Positions 8,409 to 20,093 are shown, numbered from the stretch's first letter. The stretch: DNA of 64,000 nucleotides from a bacterium (GCA_020440645.1 JAGRNR010000004.1:12762-76761); one strand, 5' to 3'. Translations and numbers: made by a program. Notes: a model not told the origin generated them from the letters alone.

Positions 8409-9143
8409 GTGCAGCATTCCGGGAGGAAGCACATGTCCCGACTGATCGTCATCCTGATCGCCATCGCCGCCATGTTCATGGCCGGCTCATGCGTGCCTTC
8501 GATCCACGGCATTGCCACGGAGAGCAACCTTGAGTTCCGCCCCGAGATGGTCGGGTCCTGGGTCAGCGATGACGGTGAGGCAGGCTGGGTATTCGACAGC
8601 TACGACGAGCAGCAGTACATCCTGTCGCTTTACACGCCGGACGGGCTGGATGGCAGCTTCCGTGCTGCCCTGGTGGACCTGGACGGCGAGCTGTTCCTCG
8701 ACCTGTTCCCGGATGACACCGATGAGAAATGGCCGATCAACAGCTTCTATGGCCTGCACTTCATTCCGGTGCATACCTTCCTGCATGTCGAACTGGGCGA
8801 GGGTACGCTTTCACTGCGGATGATGGACCCGTCCTGGCTGGATGCCAAGCTGCAGCAGGATCCGGAATTCGTCAGTGCCGTGAGTGAGAACATGACGGTG
8901 CTGACGGCATCAACCGGCGAGCTGCAGGCCCTGCTGCCGCAGTGGCTCAATGAAGCTCCAATCGTCGGTGGCGGCTTCATGGGCGGCGACGCCTCGCCTT
9001 TCACTGAAGCTGTGGTGCTGACACCCGGCGAGGTGATGGAACGCGAGGATATGGAGCCGGCGGAATTCATGGACATGGAAGGGCTTGATGAAATGGATGA
9101 GGTGGTGGACACGACGGAGGAGGCTCCGGTCACGGCACCCTGA
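8409..9143 (+). CDS. Acidic lipoprotein/secreted protein of unknown function (likely start ATG 8433 preceded by GGGAGGAAG)
   Basis: Signal peptide with lipobox-like MSRLIVILIAIAAMFMAGSC; acidic C-terminus (EDMEPAEFMDMEGLDEMDEVVDTTEE). No recognised catalytic motif. Confidence 0.5.
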   Translation: MQHSGRKHMSRLIVILIAIAAMFMAGSCVPSIHGIATESNLEFRPEMVGSWVSDDGEAGWVFDSYDEQQYILSLYTPDGLDGSFRAALVDLDGELFLDLFPDDTDEKWPINSFYGLHFIPVHTFLHVELGEGTLSLRMMDPSWLDAKLQQDPEFVSAVSENMTVLTASTGELQALLPQWLNEAPIVGGGFMGGDASPFTEAVVLTPGEVMEREDMEPAEFMDMEGLDEMDEVVDTTEEAPVTAP

Positions 9144-9235
9144 ACTTCAGCTGGCTTCAACAGCGGCCGATTGGCAGTCACGGTGATTTCCCGGCGCTAG
9201 AATAGGGCCGACAACACCCACGACTGAGGTATCAA

Positions 9236-10825
<1,590 letters not shown>

Positions 10826-10840
10826 CCAGCGTAGCCAGGC

Positions 10841-10981
10841 TTATTCTTCGACCGGTGGAATATGGATCAGCCTGCCACTGGCCTGGCAGCGATCACACTG
10901 CACGCCGTCGCTCGTGATCATGCCGGCGCCGTCACACACGGGGCAGCGGTATGACAGTCCAGGAGTGAATTGCAGGTGCAT
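10841..10981 (-). CDS. Small (46 aa) zinc-ribbon protein MHLQFTPGLSYRCPVCDGAGMITSDGVQCDRCQASGRLIHIPPVEE
   Basis: Hand translation of the minus strand: ATG at 10981, TAA at 10841-10843; two CxxC pairs (CPVC...CDRC). Not in the supplied ORF track (below size cutoff). Confidence 0.4.
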   Translation of the reverse strand: MHLQFTPGLSYRCPVCDGAGMITSDGVQCDRCQASGRLIHIPPVEE

Positions 10982-10996
10982 CAGGATGTACTGAAT

Positions 10997-11194
10997 TTAC
11001 TGCGATATATCTTCTGCCAGCACATTCAGCTTATGGGGCTCCGCCCATACTTCACGTCCGGAGACTCGGTATAGCTCCCTGCGCAGGCAGTCCCGGCAGT
11101 TGAGGGAGATCTGCTCGATGTCCGTTGCATTCAGGCGGGTGCCATTGCCCCGACCTGGCCCGTTTGATTTGCCATCCATGGTCCGTAATCCCAA
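10997..11194 (-). CDS. Small hypothetical protein (65 aa) immediately upstream of the zinc-ribbon ORF
   Basis: ORF-track entry only; no recognisable motif except a CRDC pair. Could be non-coding. Confidence 0.2.
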   Translation of the reverse strand: MGLRTMDGKSNGPGRGNGTRLNATDIEQISLNCRDCLRRELYRVSGREVWAEPHKLNVLAEDISQ

Positions 11195-11286
11195 TATTCC
11201 TTCTGGTCAATTCAGACAAATATGAGACGGCTTATCAATGAGGGCGTTACATTGAGAATGAGAAATTACTGAGATCAAGCTGATTT

Positions 11287-11784
11287 CTAAGAGAGTTCAA
11301 GAAGTGTATGGAGAGCTATGCATACAGTCGCGATCCGTACTGCTTCCCGGTCGCCCTCGAAGTGACATAGCTTAGTGGAAACACCATCCGGGCCCAGCCA
11401 GGCGATCCAGACCGTGCCGACCGGTTTGTCTGCCGTGCCACCGCCCGGCCCGGCGATGCCGCTGACAGCCACGACGTAGTCGGAATGGAAGCGCTCGCGC
11501 GCGCCTGTTGCCATTTCGATCACGGTCCGTTCGCTGACCGCGCCATGCTCGTCCAGCGTAGCCTGGCTGACTCCCAGCAGATCCACCTTTGCGCGGTTGG
11601 CATAGCTGACGATCCCGCCGGGGAACACTTCGCTGCTGCCGGACACGCTGGTGATCGCCTGCGCGATCCAGCCTCCGGTGCAGCTTTCCGCTGTTGCCAA
11701 AGTCTGGCCTCTGGCTGCGAGTTGAGCCACCAGCCGGGAGGCGAGCTCATCGGCAAGTGACTGGCTGGCGGGGATGCCGCTCAT
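11287..11784 (-). CDS. pncC: CinA C-terminal domain protein (nicotinamide-nucleotide amidohydrolase PncC-like)
   Basis: [44 protein letters not shown] and [12 protein letters not shown] are characteristic of CinA_C. Start overlaps the stop of the upstream ROK gene (ATGA, 11781-11784), implying translational coupling. Confidence 0.8.
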   Translation of the reverse strand: MSGIPASQSLADELASRLVAQLAARGQTLATAESCTGGWIAQAITSVSGSSEVFPGGIVSYANRAKVDLLGVSQATLDEHGAVSERTVIEMATGARERFHSDYVVAVSGIAGPGGGTADKPVGTVWIAWLGPDGVSTKLCHFEGDREAVRIATVCIALHTLLELS

Positions 11785-12686
11785 GCGGTCTGTCCTTCGG
11801 TGCTGCCGGCGAGGAAACGCACACTGCCCCAGGCGATGGCGGTGGCGTTGTCAGCCGGGAAGATGATTTCCGGAACTTCCGTGGTCTTCAGGCAGTGGCG
11901 GCGCAGGCGCTGGTAGGCAGCCGGCATGAAGTGCTCGCGTGCCCCGGCCAGCCCGCCGCCGATGTACATCCGCTGCGGGTAGAACACGTTGGCAAAGCTG
12001 CCCAGCCCGGCCCCGAGGCATTCGCCGTAGTGGAACCAGGCATCGCGTGCAGCCTGTTCGCCGTTGCTGGCTGCCGTGGCAATCATCTCCGGGCTGATGT
12101 TGCTGCCTCCGGCCTCGAGGTAGTAGCGCTGGATCGCGCTGATGCAGCACAGGCTTTCAAAGCTGCCGGGAATGCCTGTGTTGGCAGGTTCGCCGTGCAT
12201 GTCGAGCGAGATGTGGCCGCCCTCCGGGCTGGTGCCGCTCATCGTGCCAAGCAGGCGGTCGCCGAGCCAGATCGCTGTCCCGAGCCCGGTGCCGAGTGTG
12301 AAGCCGCAGGCGATGTTCTGTGTTTCAGCTTCATCCTGCATCACTCCGAGCAGGTAGGCATCGGCATCGTTAAGCACCTGCACCGGGCAGCCGAACTGCC
12401 CACGCAGGTAGTCGGTGAGCGGGACCTCGTCCCATGGCGTGTTTGGCGACATCAGGATCCGCCCCCGGTGCACCATCCCACAGGTGCCGACACCGATGCA
12501 GGCCGGCCGCGCATCAGGGGAAGGCAGGCATTCACGGATCAGTGCCGCGATGGCAGCGGCCACGGCAGTGCCGTCCGTATTCTGCGGGACCGGCAGGCCA
12601 TTGCGCCAGATCAGCGGGTCACCATGCTCCCAGCAACCGATCTTCACCGAGGTCCCGCCGATGTCAACTCCGACTGCGAAGCTCAT
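11781..12686 (-). CDS. ROK-family sugar kinase (glucokinase/N-acetylglucosamine kinase-like)
   Basis: N-terminal [16 protein letters not shown]-binding motif; ROK-like CGxxGC / HGEP region ([26 protein letters not shown]); CxC..C zinc motif region. Confidence 0.75.
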   Translation of the reverse strand: MSFAVGVDIGGTSVKIGCWEHGDPLIWRNGLPVPQNTDGTAVAAAIAALIRECLPSPDARPACIGVGTCGMVHRGRILMSPNTPWDEVPLTDYLRGQFGCPVQVLNDADAYLLGVMQDEAETQNIACGFTLGTGLGTAIWLGDRLLGTMSGTSPEGGHISLDMHGEPANTGIPGSFESLCCISAIQRYYLEAGGSNISPEMIATAASNGEQAARDAWFHYGECLGAGLGSFANVFYPQRMYIGGGLAGAREHFMPAAYQRLRRHCLKTTEVPEIIFPADNATAIAWGSVRFLAGSTEGQTA

Positions 12687-12710
12687 CGGGCTGAGTATAG
12701 CCGAAAGAGA

Positions 12711-14456
12711 CTAGCTGACATTTATGACCAGCCAGGCCGAACCCTCGCCACCTTCGTCACCGCTGATGAGCACCCGCACTCGATAGGTTCCGGGCTCATT
12801 GAAGGTATGTACATAGGTCGGGGAAGGACCACTGCTCCCCGGAATGGAGGCACCGCTCTCGCCGATGAATACCTCAAAGGCGTACGAGACGATGCTGCCT
12901 TCCTCGATCGTGCTGCCTGATGCATCGAAGCTGACTGTGAGCGGAGCCGGGCCGGATGTCGCACTCGCTTCCAGCATCGCATCAGGCTGGTGCACAAGGT
13001 AGCTCCATTCCACCTGCCCGATGTACAGGCGCTGGTTGTTTGCATATTCCAGCAGGCTGCCGGAAGCGAGGTTTGGCATGGTGGAGGGCCCCATTGCTAG
13101 TGAGCTGGAGCCGCAGTTTTCCGCTTCCCAGGCCGTGACAGCCTGCAGCTGGCCCGACGGGTAATAGACTGCGCTGCCATAGGGCAGGACCTCAACCTCA
13201 GACTCAGGGGCATCCTGCAGGATGCCTGCTACCCAGACCGTTTCAGAAGCTGTAGCGGCAACCGTACTGAGCTGGGCATCCTGGTACTTTGCGGAGTATT
13301 CCACCAGCAGGATGTCCTCCACGGGGTAATGGCCCCTGTAGTAGAGCAGCAAGGGATTGCTGACATGGTGCTCCGACCAGTCCGGGTCGAGCGGTACGGG
13401 CCAGCTGGCCGCGGCACCGCTGATCAGGAAATCCTGGCCAGCTGCACTGACATCCCAGGCGGTCAGGAAACTGCCGCCACCGCCGCTTACACCGGTGCCC
13501 AGCAGATAGGCGCCGGGGCCGTTGAACCACAGCAGCACGATGTCCCGCTGCTGTTCGCTGCCTCCGGAATATTCGGGCATGTCACAGGCTGCACACAGCA
13601 GGCCGCTGTCATCGAAGTCCAGGGACCGTGGGTACACGTCCCGGCCCGGCACGTTCCAGATACGGCTGTCCTGCAGGCTGCCGTCGGATGTGGAATACCA
13701 CAGCAGCAGCGGAGCGAAATAGTTTCCACTGAGCGGCCCGCCGTACTGAGCGAGCACTGCCAGCCTGCCGCCGTGGGTGGCAATGGACAGGCCGCTGTCA
13801 AAGTCGTAGGGATCTGCGCTCCAGCGCCTTGCCCACAGCATCTCGCCGCTGCCACTGAGCTTGAAGGTGAACACGAATCCACGCACCGCATGCCAGCCGC
13901 CGGGCTGCACGGCGTCGTCATACTTCCATGCCTGGCCCGTCGCATAGATGTTGCCGGCAGAGTCGGCGGTCACGGCTTCGAGGTGGATGGAGTGGTCGGA
14001 CCAGGTGACCTCGCGTTCCCAGGCCACATTGCCGGATGGGCTGATCCTGACAACCAATCCGGGCATGGCAACGAATTCCTCGTAGCTGCGTGAGCCATAG
14101 TCGCCAACGAAGACAGCATCACTGGAAATGGCAACGATGTCCTTGGGATAGACATCCACCACGCCGCCCCAGATGCGGCCCCAGTGGCCCTGCGGGCCGG
14201 CATGCACCAGCAGTGCATGCCTGATGCCTCCGGACTCGTAGTCATGCAGCATCCAGACAGTGGTCCCGTCAACGGAATCGAGCTGCGGCAGGGCAGCCTG
14301 GGTGGGGACAGACAGGGCCAGCAGCAGTAACAGAGTGGTAATGCACAGTCTCATATCATTCTCCCAGGACGGAGCGAATGCCCCTGATGCTCCTGCCAGG
14401 CGCTGTACCTTGGGCGGCAGGGTTGGACCAGCCTCCCTCGTCATCGCTGTTGTCAT
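12711..14456 (-). CDS. Secreted beta-propeller (SBBP-repeat-like) protein with C-terminal PKD domain; likely true start at 14354 (MRLCITTLLLLLALSVPTQA signal peptide, SD GGGAG)
   Basis: Repeated (S/A)GNIYATG-type beta-propeller blades; C-terminal PKD-like PLTVSFDASGS...YAF...PGTYRVRVLISGDEGGEG. The annotated ORF 5' end overlaps the next gene only if the upstream GTG/ATG is used. Confidence 0.6.
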   Translation of the reverse strand: MTTAMTREAGPTLPPKVQRLAGASGAFAPSWENDMRLCITTLLLLLALSVPTQAALPQLDSVDGTTVWMLHDYESGGIRHALLVHAGPQGHWGRIWGGVVDVYPKDIVAISSDAVFVGDYGSRSYEEFVAMPGLVVRISPSGNVAWEREVTWSDHSIHLEAVTADSAGNIYATGQAWKYDDAVQPGGWHAVRGFVFTFKLSGSGEMLWARRWSADPYDFDSGLSIATHGGRLAVLAQYGGPLSGNYFAPLLLWYSTSDGSLQDSRIWNVPGRDVYPRSLDFDDSGLLCAACDMPEYSGGSEQQRDIVLLWFNGPGAYLLGTGVSGGGGSFLTAWDVSAAGQDFLISGAAASWPVPLDPDWSEHHVSNPLLLYYRGHYPVEDILLVEYSAKYQDAQLSTVAATASETVWVAGILQDAPESEVEVLPYGSAVYYPSGQLQAVTAWEAENCGSSSLAMGPSTMPNLASGSLLEYANNQRLYIGQVEWSYLVHQPDAMLEASATSGPAPLTVSFDASGSTIEEGSIVSYAFEVFIGESGASIPGSSGPSPTYVHTFNEPGTYRVRVLISGDEGGEGSAWLVINVS

Positions 14457-15387
14457 ATGGCCAGAGTGCGTAACTGTTGAACTCCAGGCTGTCCAGCCTG
14501 ATTACGAAGCGCAACCTGTCGCTGTTCTTGTGCAGGTTCGTCGCCACGGTGGCGTTGCCCAGGTGTGTCCACTCGCCAGACATGTCGTTCGTGCCGTAAA
14601 CCGCATAGCCTGTGATGCTGCCGCCGAAGTTCTGGCCGATCACGGTCACGTCGGAGATGTTGACCTCGCCATTGCCGTCGCCGTCAGCATGCATCGCCGC
14701 GAACCACAGCGGGTCGGACTGCCGCCTGCCGAAGTGCTTGCCAACCGGGGTCAGGTCGCTGATGGTGACGGAGCCATTCAGGTCGTAGTCGCCGCTGTTG
14801 CGGTAGGTCCAGCTCAGCCGCCAGGGGCCGCTGCCACTCAGTCGCAGGTCGCGCACCATGTTCTGCGTTCCGTAGGGTGTGAATGATGCGCTGCGGCTAT
14901 CAAGAGCAAACAGGGCCGGCCCGGGGCTTGCCGGCGGAGCAGGCCTGTCGGCCACGGCATCCTGCAGGGCAGCGCAGAGCTGTTGCCAGAGTTCGTCGTC
15001 AATACCGTCGGGTACGGCGGTCGTCGCGATCTGCGTTGACAGTTCCTCCGCAATGGGACCTGTTTCCGGGAATGCGGGAACTTCGCGGCTGAGCTGATGA
15101 GAGGATGATGGAATGGCACGTTCCCGGTCGGGTGTGCGGGAGTTTCCTGCACATGCGCACAGGAGCATGAGAGGGACAAGGATTGCCAGACGTGACAGCA
15201 TGGCCTTCTCCTGCAAGGGGTTACACCATTTAGTACCACCTGTGGGAGGCCGGAATTGCTGCCTGTTTGTTAAATATGGATAAAACAGACCATTATTGTC
15301 TGTAATACTGAATAACAGCCCTGTACGGTTCAGTAGCCGGTGGTGTAGCTCAGCAGGGTATGGCTGCGCTGCTGGCCGTCGGTCCAC
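14356..15387 (-). CDS. Lipoprotein with a pair of dockerin-type-I-like Ca-binding repeats (likely start 15201, MLSRLAILVPLMLLCACAGNS)
   Basis: YRNSGDYDLNGSVTISDLTPVGKHFG and DGDGNGEVNISDVTVIGQNFG; module is homologous to that in the 20828-23170 product. Confidence 0.6.
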   Translation of the reverse strand: MDRRPAAQPYPAELHHRLLNRTGLLFSITDNNGLFYPYLTNRQQFRPPTGGTKWCNPLQEKAMLSRLAILVPLMLLCACAGNSRTPDRERAIPSSSHQLSREVPAFPETGPIAEELSTQIATTAVPDGIDDELWQQLCAALQDAVADRPAPPASPGPALFALDSRSASFTPYGTQNMVRDLRLSGSGPWRLSWTYRNSGDYDLNGSVTISDLTPVGKHFGRRQSDPLWFAAMHADGDGNGEVNISDVTVIGQNFGGSITGYAVYGTNDMSGEWTHLGNATVATNLHKNSDRLRFVIRLDSLEFNSYALWPYDNSDDEGGWSNPAAQGTAPGRSIRGIRSVLGE

Positions 15388-16454
15388 TTGATGATGCGGT
15401 GCGGCTCAAGGCGCTCGACCCACCACTGCCAGTTCTCGTTGCCGACATGCATCACCATTTCCCAGCAGCCGTAATCGCTCAGCTCCGCGCTCTTGATGCT
15501 CGTGCGCCGGGGCTGCTCGATGGAGATCGGGATGTTCTCGCGGCTGTCCGGGTCGAACACGACTGCCACCAGTGGCCAGTCAGCGTTGTCATAATCAAGG
15601 CTGCGCACAAGGCTGTCCAGCTGGTTGATGTCGAAGGAGAAGGGCAGCATGCGCTTGCGCTCCACGCCGGTGATGCCGCCGACATTCTGGCGGATCGTGA
15701 CCCGGTCGAACAGGTACTCCGCGCGCAGCGCTTCCTCCAGTCCGAGGTCCATCGCCTGCTGGCTGCGCCGCTCACCGAGAGGGATCAGCTGGGTGAGGAT
15801 CGGGCGCATGGTGCTGAGCTGCACCTGCAGCTCGATGCGCTGCTGCGGCTCGAACTCATACAGCCTGACGACGTTCAGCACCTGGCCGGCCAGCGGCTGG
15901 TCCTCCACTGAGCAGTGGATCGAGAGGAAGCCGAGCACACCGCCGGCCGGTTCCTGCACGATGAAGCGCGAGAGGTCCTGGAAGCCCTGCGGCAGCACGC
16001 TGTCACGCGGGTTGTAGCCGCTGTTGTCAATCCGCTCGTACTCGAGTGGCAGCAGCGGGTTGAGGAATGGGTCGTTACGGGTTGCCTGGCGCTTGAAGGC
16101 GCGCTCCTCCTCGTCAGTCGAGGGACGAAGGCGCGGCTTGATCTTGCGGTCCTCCTCCGTCTCCGGAGGCTCTTCCTCCAGCTGGCCGATGCCGCTGTCA
16201 TCCAGCTGCGGATCCTCGTCCTGCTGCGGATCCTCGTCCTGCTTCGGCGGATCGTCCTGCTGCTGGGGTGGCGGGTCATCCTGGTTCTGCGCACGCACCG
16301 GCAGAGCCGTGCTGCCAAGCAGCATCAGCATGATCGCCAACGCGAGGATTGCCAGTCTGTACCTGTCCATATCTGTTATGCGCCGCCGTACACTGCCAGG
16401 CGCAGGATCAGCATCACCAGTGCGGCCACGAACACCGCACCGCCGAAGCCACAT
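15330..16454 (-). CDS. Secreted acidic Gln/Asp/Pro-rich protein of unknown function (likely start 16370, MDRYRLAILALAIMLMLLGSTALPVRAQ)
   Basis: Signal peptide; QDDPPPQQQDDPPKQDEDPQQDEDPQLDD low-complexity region; no catalytic motif recognised. Confidence 0.45.
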   Translation of the reverse strand: MWLRRCGVRGRTGDADPAPGSVRRRITDMDRYRLAILALAIMLMLLGSTALPVRAQNQDDPPPQQQDDPPKQDEDPQQDEDPQLDDSGIGQLEEEPPETEEDRKIKPRLRPSTDEEERAFKRQATRNDPFLNPLLPLEYERIDNSGYNPRDSVLPQGFQDLSRFIVQEPAGGVLGFLSIHCSVEDQPLAGQVLNVVRLYEFEPQQRIELQVQLSTMRPILTQLIPLGERRSQQAMDLGLEEALRAEYLFDRVTIRQNVGGITGVERKRMLPFSFDINQLDSLVRSLDYDNADWPLVAVVFDPDSRENIPISIEQPRRTSIKSAELSDYGCWEMVMHVGNENWQWWVERLEPHRIIKWTDGQQRSHTLLSYTTGY

Positions 16455-17806
16455 ACCAGCCGGGCCCGGTGCTCGCCCTCCAGCAGTTTAAGCGAACCTT
16501 CGTGCGCACTGCAGAAATCGAACAGCACATGCCCGGTCACGCCCTCGGCCTGCAGGCCGGTGCTGCCCATCAGTGCCGCACTGAGGAACTGACTGCGCCC
16601 GGGCCACCATTGTTCGGCCTGCTTCACCCGCTGGCGGAACTGGCGGCCCTCCACGCTCAACCTGTCGCCATGTGGTGAAGGCACGCTTTCGCCCCGAGCC
16701 ACGGCGCTCTTGTATTCAGAGATGCGGTGCTCGTCCACCTTGCGCCTCAGCCAGCTCATCTCGCGCGGCTTCAGTGCAGCCACCGGGTCGCGGTGGATGT
16801 CGAGCTTGCTCACACGCTTCTCGTCGGTGAATTCGGAAGCGTCGGGGATGTACATCATATAAGGGTTGGCACGCGCCATGCGCTCCAGCTCCGCACCACC
16901 CATGTGCAGGGCTTCGGTCAACCAGCGCTCCTCGCGCTGCTGCTGGCTGCGGGCCACGGCGGGGGGCATCACATCCGCCGGCACCTCGCTGGAGACGGCC
17001 AGCGCCTCGAAAGGCATTTCACAGCGGTCATACAGCTCGGCCAGCAGCAGCTTGCAGCGGGCCTGCAGGTGCGGATTGACATTGCGGATGCTGCGCACGG
17101 CCTTGGTCAGCAGCATGGCGGCCTCGCGGTACTGCTCCTGCAGGCTGAGCGCATAGGCCAGGATCAGCGCGTGGTCCAGCGCTACGGCGTCCTCTTCCTC
17201 TGGATGCGCGCCACGCATGGCCTTGATCGCGCGGTCCACCTCGCCGCGCTGCACCAGCAGGTAGCCGCCCATCAGGCGCAGCTCGTCACGCATGCCGTGG
17301 CGGCTGATCAGGTCGCGCACTTCTTCCAGTGCTGCACCTGGCTGGCCGGATGCCCAGTGGGCAACGGCGAGCATCAGGCCCGCGCCGTATTCATTGGGAT
17401 GCACCGGAATCAGCACAGTCGGGGTGATGCGCACGAGGATGCGCAGGCCGGGGTAGATCCGGCGGATCGCCTCGCCACAGTCCGGGCTTTCGCGGCCGCA
17501 CTGCTCAAGCGCTCCGAGGGCATCGTCGAGCCTGCCCTGGGCCAGCGCGAAGGCCCCGGCCAGCAGGTGGGTGTCAGGCAGCAGGGAGCCGGCGCGGCTG
17601 GCATTGCTGATCACCCCGGCGGCCCCGCGGGAATCACCGCCGGCCAGGCGCTCGAGGCAGTACAGGAGCTGCTTCTCGTCATAGGGCATCAGGATTTCAA
17701 CCAGTTTGGTGACGTGGTAGCTCGAGCGGTTCTCGCCCAGTCCCCGTCCCACATCCAGAGTGACAAGCGAAAGCTCCGGATGGCTGAAAAGCCAGTTATC
17801 CCACAT
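16376..17806 (-). CDS. Hypothetical helical-repeat (TPR-like) protein with C-terminal hydrophobic anchor
   Basis: Long uninterrupted ORF with Ala/Leu-rich helical repeat character (…LAGAFALAQGRLDDALGALEQ…), C-terminal AVFVAALVMLILRLAVYGGA. The domain assignment is tentative. Confidence 0.4.
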   Translation of the reverse strand: MWDNWLFSHPELSLVTLDVGRGLGENRSSYHVTKLVEILMPYDEKQLLYCLERLAGGDSRGAAGVISNASRAGSLLPDTHLLAGAFALAQGRLDDALGALEQCGRESPDCGEAIRRIYPGLRILVRITPTVLIPVHPNEYGAGLMLAVAHWASGQPGAALEEVRDLISRHGMRDELRLMGGYLLVQRGEVDRAIKAMRGAHPEEEDAVALDHALILAYALSLQEQYREAAMLLTKAVRSIRNVNPHLQARCKLLLAELYDRCEMPFEALAVSSEVPADVMPPAVARSQQQREERWLTEALHMGGAELERMARANPYMMYIPDASEFTDEKRVSKLDIHRDPVAALKPREMSWLRRKVDEHRISEYKSAVARGESVPSPHGDRLSVEGRQFRQRVKQAEQWWPGRSQFLSAALMGSTGLQAEGVTGHVLFDFCSAHEGSLKLLEGEHRARLVCGFGGAVFVAALVMLILRLAVYGGA

Positions 17807-17865
17807 CCCTGAATTTTAACACCGCCGCTCCAGATCAGGGCTACCGCAGTGTTAAGCTTGCGTCG

Positions 17866-18492
17866 ATGGATTCAGCCGCTGAATCGTGCCGCAGGTATCC
17901 AATGCTGTTGCCGTTCCTTGTGTGCGTTGCATTGATGCTTGCGGGATGCCAGGATGCTGCGCAGAAAAACTGGAATGGCAGCGGATTGTCACCTGACCAG
18001 CTGAAGACCATCAAGCGTCATGCGGATGACAGCGGCCTGCAGAACCTGGCGCCATTTGACGGAACTTATCCCGACTCATGGCCTGCATTGATCAGTATCA
18101 AACAGGGCAGTTACATTGATTACTCGGGTTCGATCGTTGTAGATGAACAGGACAACCTGCCTGTAATTGTTGTGCAGGGAATGATGCCAGGCAGCTACAA
18201 GGACTGCTGTGATTTCTTCGAGAAGCAGTTTCAGAAGCAGGTACATCAAAGCAACGAGGACAAGGGAAAGTTCACGATTGCCACAAAGATCAATCCAGAT
18301 CCGCAGGGCAAGCTGCAATTCACTGTCGACCCGGGAAACATGCTTGTATCGCCGGACAGTAGCAGCTACCTGTTTGAAGTATATGTCTTGCAGGAAGGCG
18401 AAGGTATCAGCTTTGGCAAGCTGAGGAAAGACTTTCCTGGATGGTGCCGCTTCAGGGTATTCCTGAATTCTCCGCACTACATCAGGGATTGA
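17866..18492 (+). CDS. Lipoprotein of unknown function (probable start 17902, MLLPFLVCVALMLAGCQD); lower-GC gene
   Basis: Lipobox LAGC; ~48% GC versus ~65% in flanks. Confidence 0.5.
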   Translation: MDSAAESCRRYPMLLPFLVCVALMLAGCQDAAQKNWNGSGLSPDQLKTIKRHADDSGLQNLAPFDGTYPDSWPALISIKQGSYIDYSGSIVVDEQDNLPVIVVQGMMPGSYKDCCDFFEKQFQKQVHQSNEDKGKFTIATKINPDPQGKLQFTVDPGNMLVSPDSSSYLFEVYVLQEGEGISFGKLRKDFPGWCRFRVFLNSPHYIRD

Positions 18493-18543
18493 TTCCTTCG
18501 TAATTGGCTGTCCGGCCGGAACAGCGATGTTAAGCTTGCCTTA

Positions 18544-19281
18544 ATGGACAAGACGGGCGAATCTGTGGCACAGGGAACAGCGGGACCTGTCCGCAAGTGG
18601 ATAACCGCATTTCGCCAGGGACAGGCCACCCAGGTTGATGCCATGCTGATTGCTTCACTGCTGGCTTTCATGTTCCTCGGTCTCTCAATGATGCTGGCCT
18701 GGGTCTACCTGGTCGGGCCCGACTGGTATGACATTGTCAAGCCCGAGGAATTCTTCACCCTGTACATCGGCGCGCCAATAGTGTGGTACGCGGGGACGCT
18801 GGCCATGCGCAGGCTGGCGCTAAGTACATTGCGCCCCTGGCTGGCGGAAGGACTGCTCGAGCAGAACCTGCTGGGCAGCGAGCTGGGCCGGGAACTGATG
18901 GAAGGCGGGGATGGCGGCAGCTTCAAGCGCAGCCTGCAGCGGCTCAGCCGCAGGCTGCCCGGCTTCATCAGGCGCAGCGGGCTCGGTAGCTCAGGGCCCT
19001 GGAATGCGCTCGGCCTGGCCACGATCCTCAGTTGCGCGGCACTGGCCGGACTGATGCTCGTGCTGCATGCGCAGTTCGGCCGCTGGCTGGAGTACCCGAT
19101 ACTGTTCCTCGTGCTGGGCAGCATGCTGCTGCACTACCGATTGAGGCTTGATGCCTGCATCCGGCAGCTTGCACTGGCAGACTACCTGCTAGGCAGCTTC
19201 GGGCTGGATTCCAGTCCGTCCCAAACAGGGATTCCACAACCTCCACCCAAGGCTCCGCCACCTCCGAAAGTACCTGAGTAA
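18544..19281 (+). CDS. Integral membrane protein of unknown function with Pro-rich C-terminus
   Basis: Several hydrophobic helices (LIASLLAFMFLGLSMMLAWVYLV; LATILSCAALAGLMLVL; ILFLVLGSMLL); C-terminal PQPPPKAPPPPKVPE. Confidence 0.45.
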   Translation: MDKTGESVAQGTAGPVRKWITAFRQGQATQVDAMLIASLLAFMFLGLSMMLAWVYLVGPDWYDIVKPEEFFTLYIGAPIVWYAGTLAMRRLALSTLRPWLAEGLLEQNLLGSELGRELMEGGDGGSFKRSLQRLSRRLPGFIRRSGLGSSGPWNALGLATILSCAALAGLMLVLHAQFGRWLEYPILFLVLGSMLLHYRLRLDACIRQLALADYLLGSFGLDSSPSQTGIPQPPPKAPPPPKVPE

Positions 19282-19358
19282 CGCTTCATGCATACTGGCC
19301 GGAGATACCGCCTGGATCGATTCCGCTGCATATCCGTCTGGGATACTGCCCCGCTGCA

Positions 19359-20093
19359 ATGGGTAGAATGATGTGCCCGCGGGAGGGATTGATGAGACTT
19401 AGAAATACACTGACCAGCCTGCTTCTGCTTGTGTGCCTGTGCACGGCCGCCAGCGCGCACCCGAACCACGAGACTGCACCGGACTTTGACTACCCGGGCG
19501 CGGTGAAGCGCATGCTGGCCGTTGACCTGTCGAAGGCGCTGGACCTCGTGACCTACGTCGGTCCCGGCGACAAGGGCAGCACGGACTACGAGAAGGAATA
19601 CATCAAGGAGCTGGCCGCCAAGGGTGGCCCGCTCAAGGCGGACTGGAAACTGAGCGAGGGCGAACGCCGGCGCGTCTCGCTGTGGAAGCTGCCCGGCGGG
19701 CATGGTGTTGTCAGCCTGACGCAGCTGGTGCGCGAGGTGGAGAACTACTGGGACAAGTGGGGCCAGCTGCCGCACAGCGGGCCGGAGCTGTATTACGGCC
19801 TGATCAGCTGGGGCGGGCAGAAGAGCTGGCCGGAGCTGTCGCCGGAGGATGTGATCCTGCGCTACTACCACGCGATCAACCCGGTGACCGGGAAGTTCTA
19901 CACGGACTTCAACTCGGAGAAGTGGAGCCCGGGCGGGATCAGCATCAAGATCGTGGATGACGATGAGGAAGTCGGCAAGCACTTCGCGGGCCAGAAGATC
20001 AAGGGCAAGCCTGTGACGCGCTACATCCACGTGAGGATCTGGGGCGAGAAGCAGGGCACGCTGCTGTATGAGGAGCGGGTGCCGAGGAGTTAG
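19359..20093 (+). CDS. Secreted protein of unknown function (probable start 19392 after GGGAGGG SD)
   Basis: Signal peptide MRLRNTLTSLLLLVCLCTAASA. Confidence 0.5.
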   Translation: MGRMMCPREGLMRLRNTLTSLLLLVCLCTAASAHPNHETAPDFDYPGAVKRMLAVDLSKALDLVTYVGPGDKGSTDYEKEYIKELAAKGGPLKADWKLSEGERRRVSLWKLPGGHGVVSLTQLVREVENYWDKWGQLPHSGPELYYGLISWGGQKSWPELSPEDVILRYYHAINPVTGKFYTDFNSEKWSPGGISIKIVDDDEEVGKHFAGQKIKGKPVTRYIHVRIWGEKQGTLLYEERVPRS

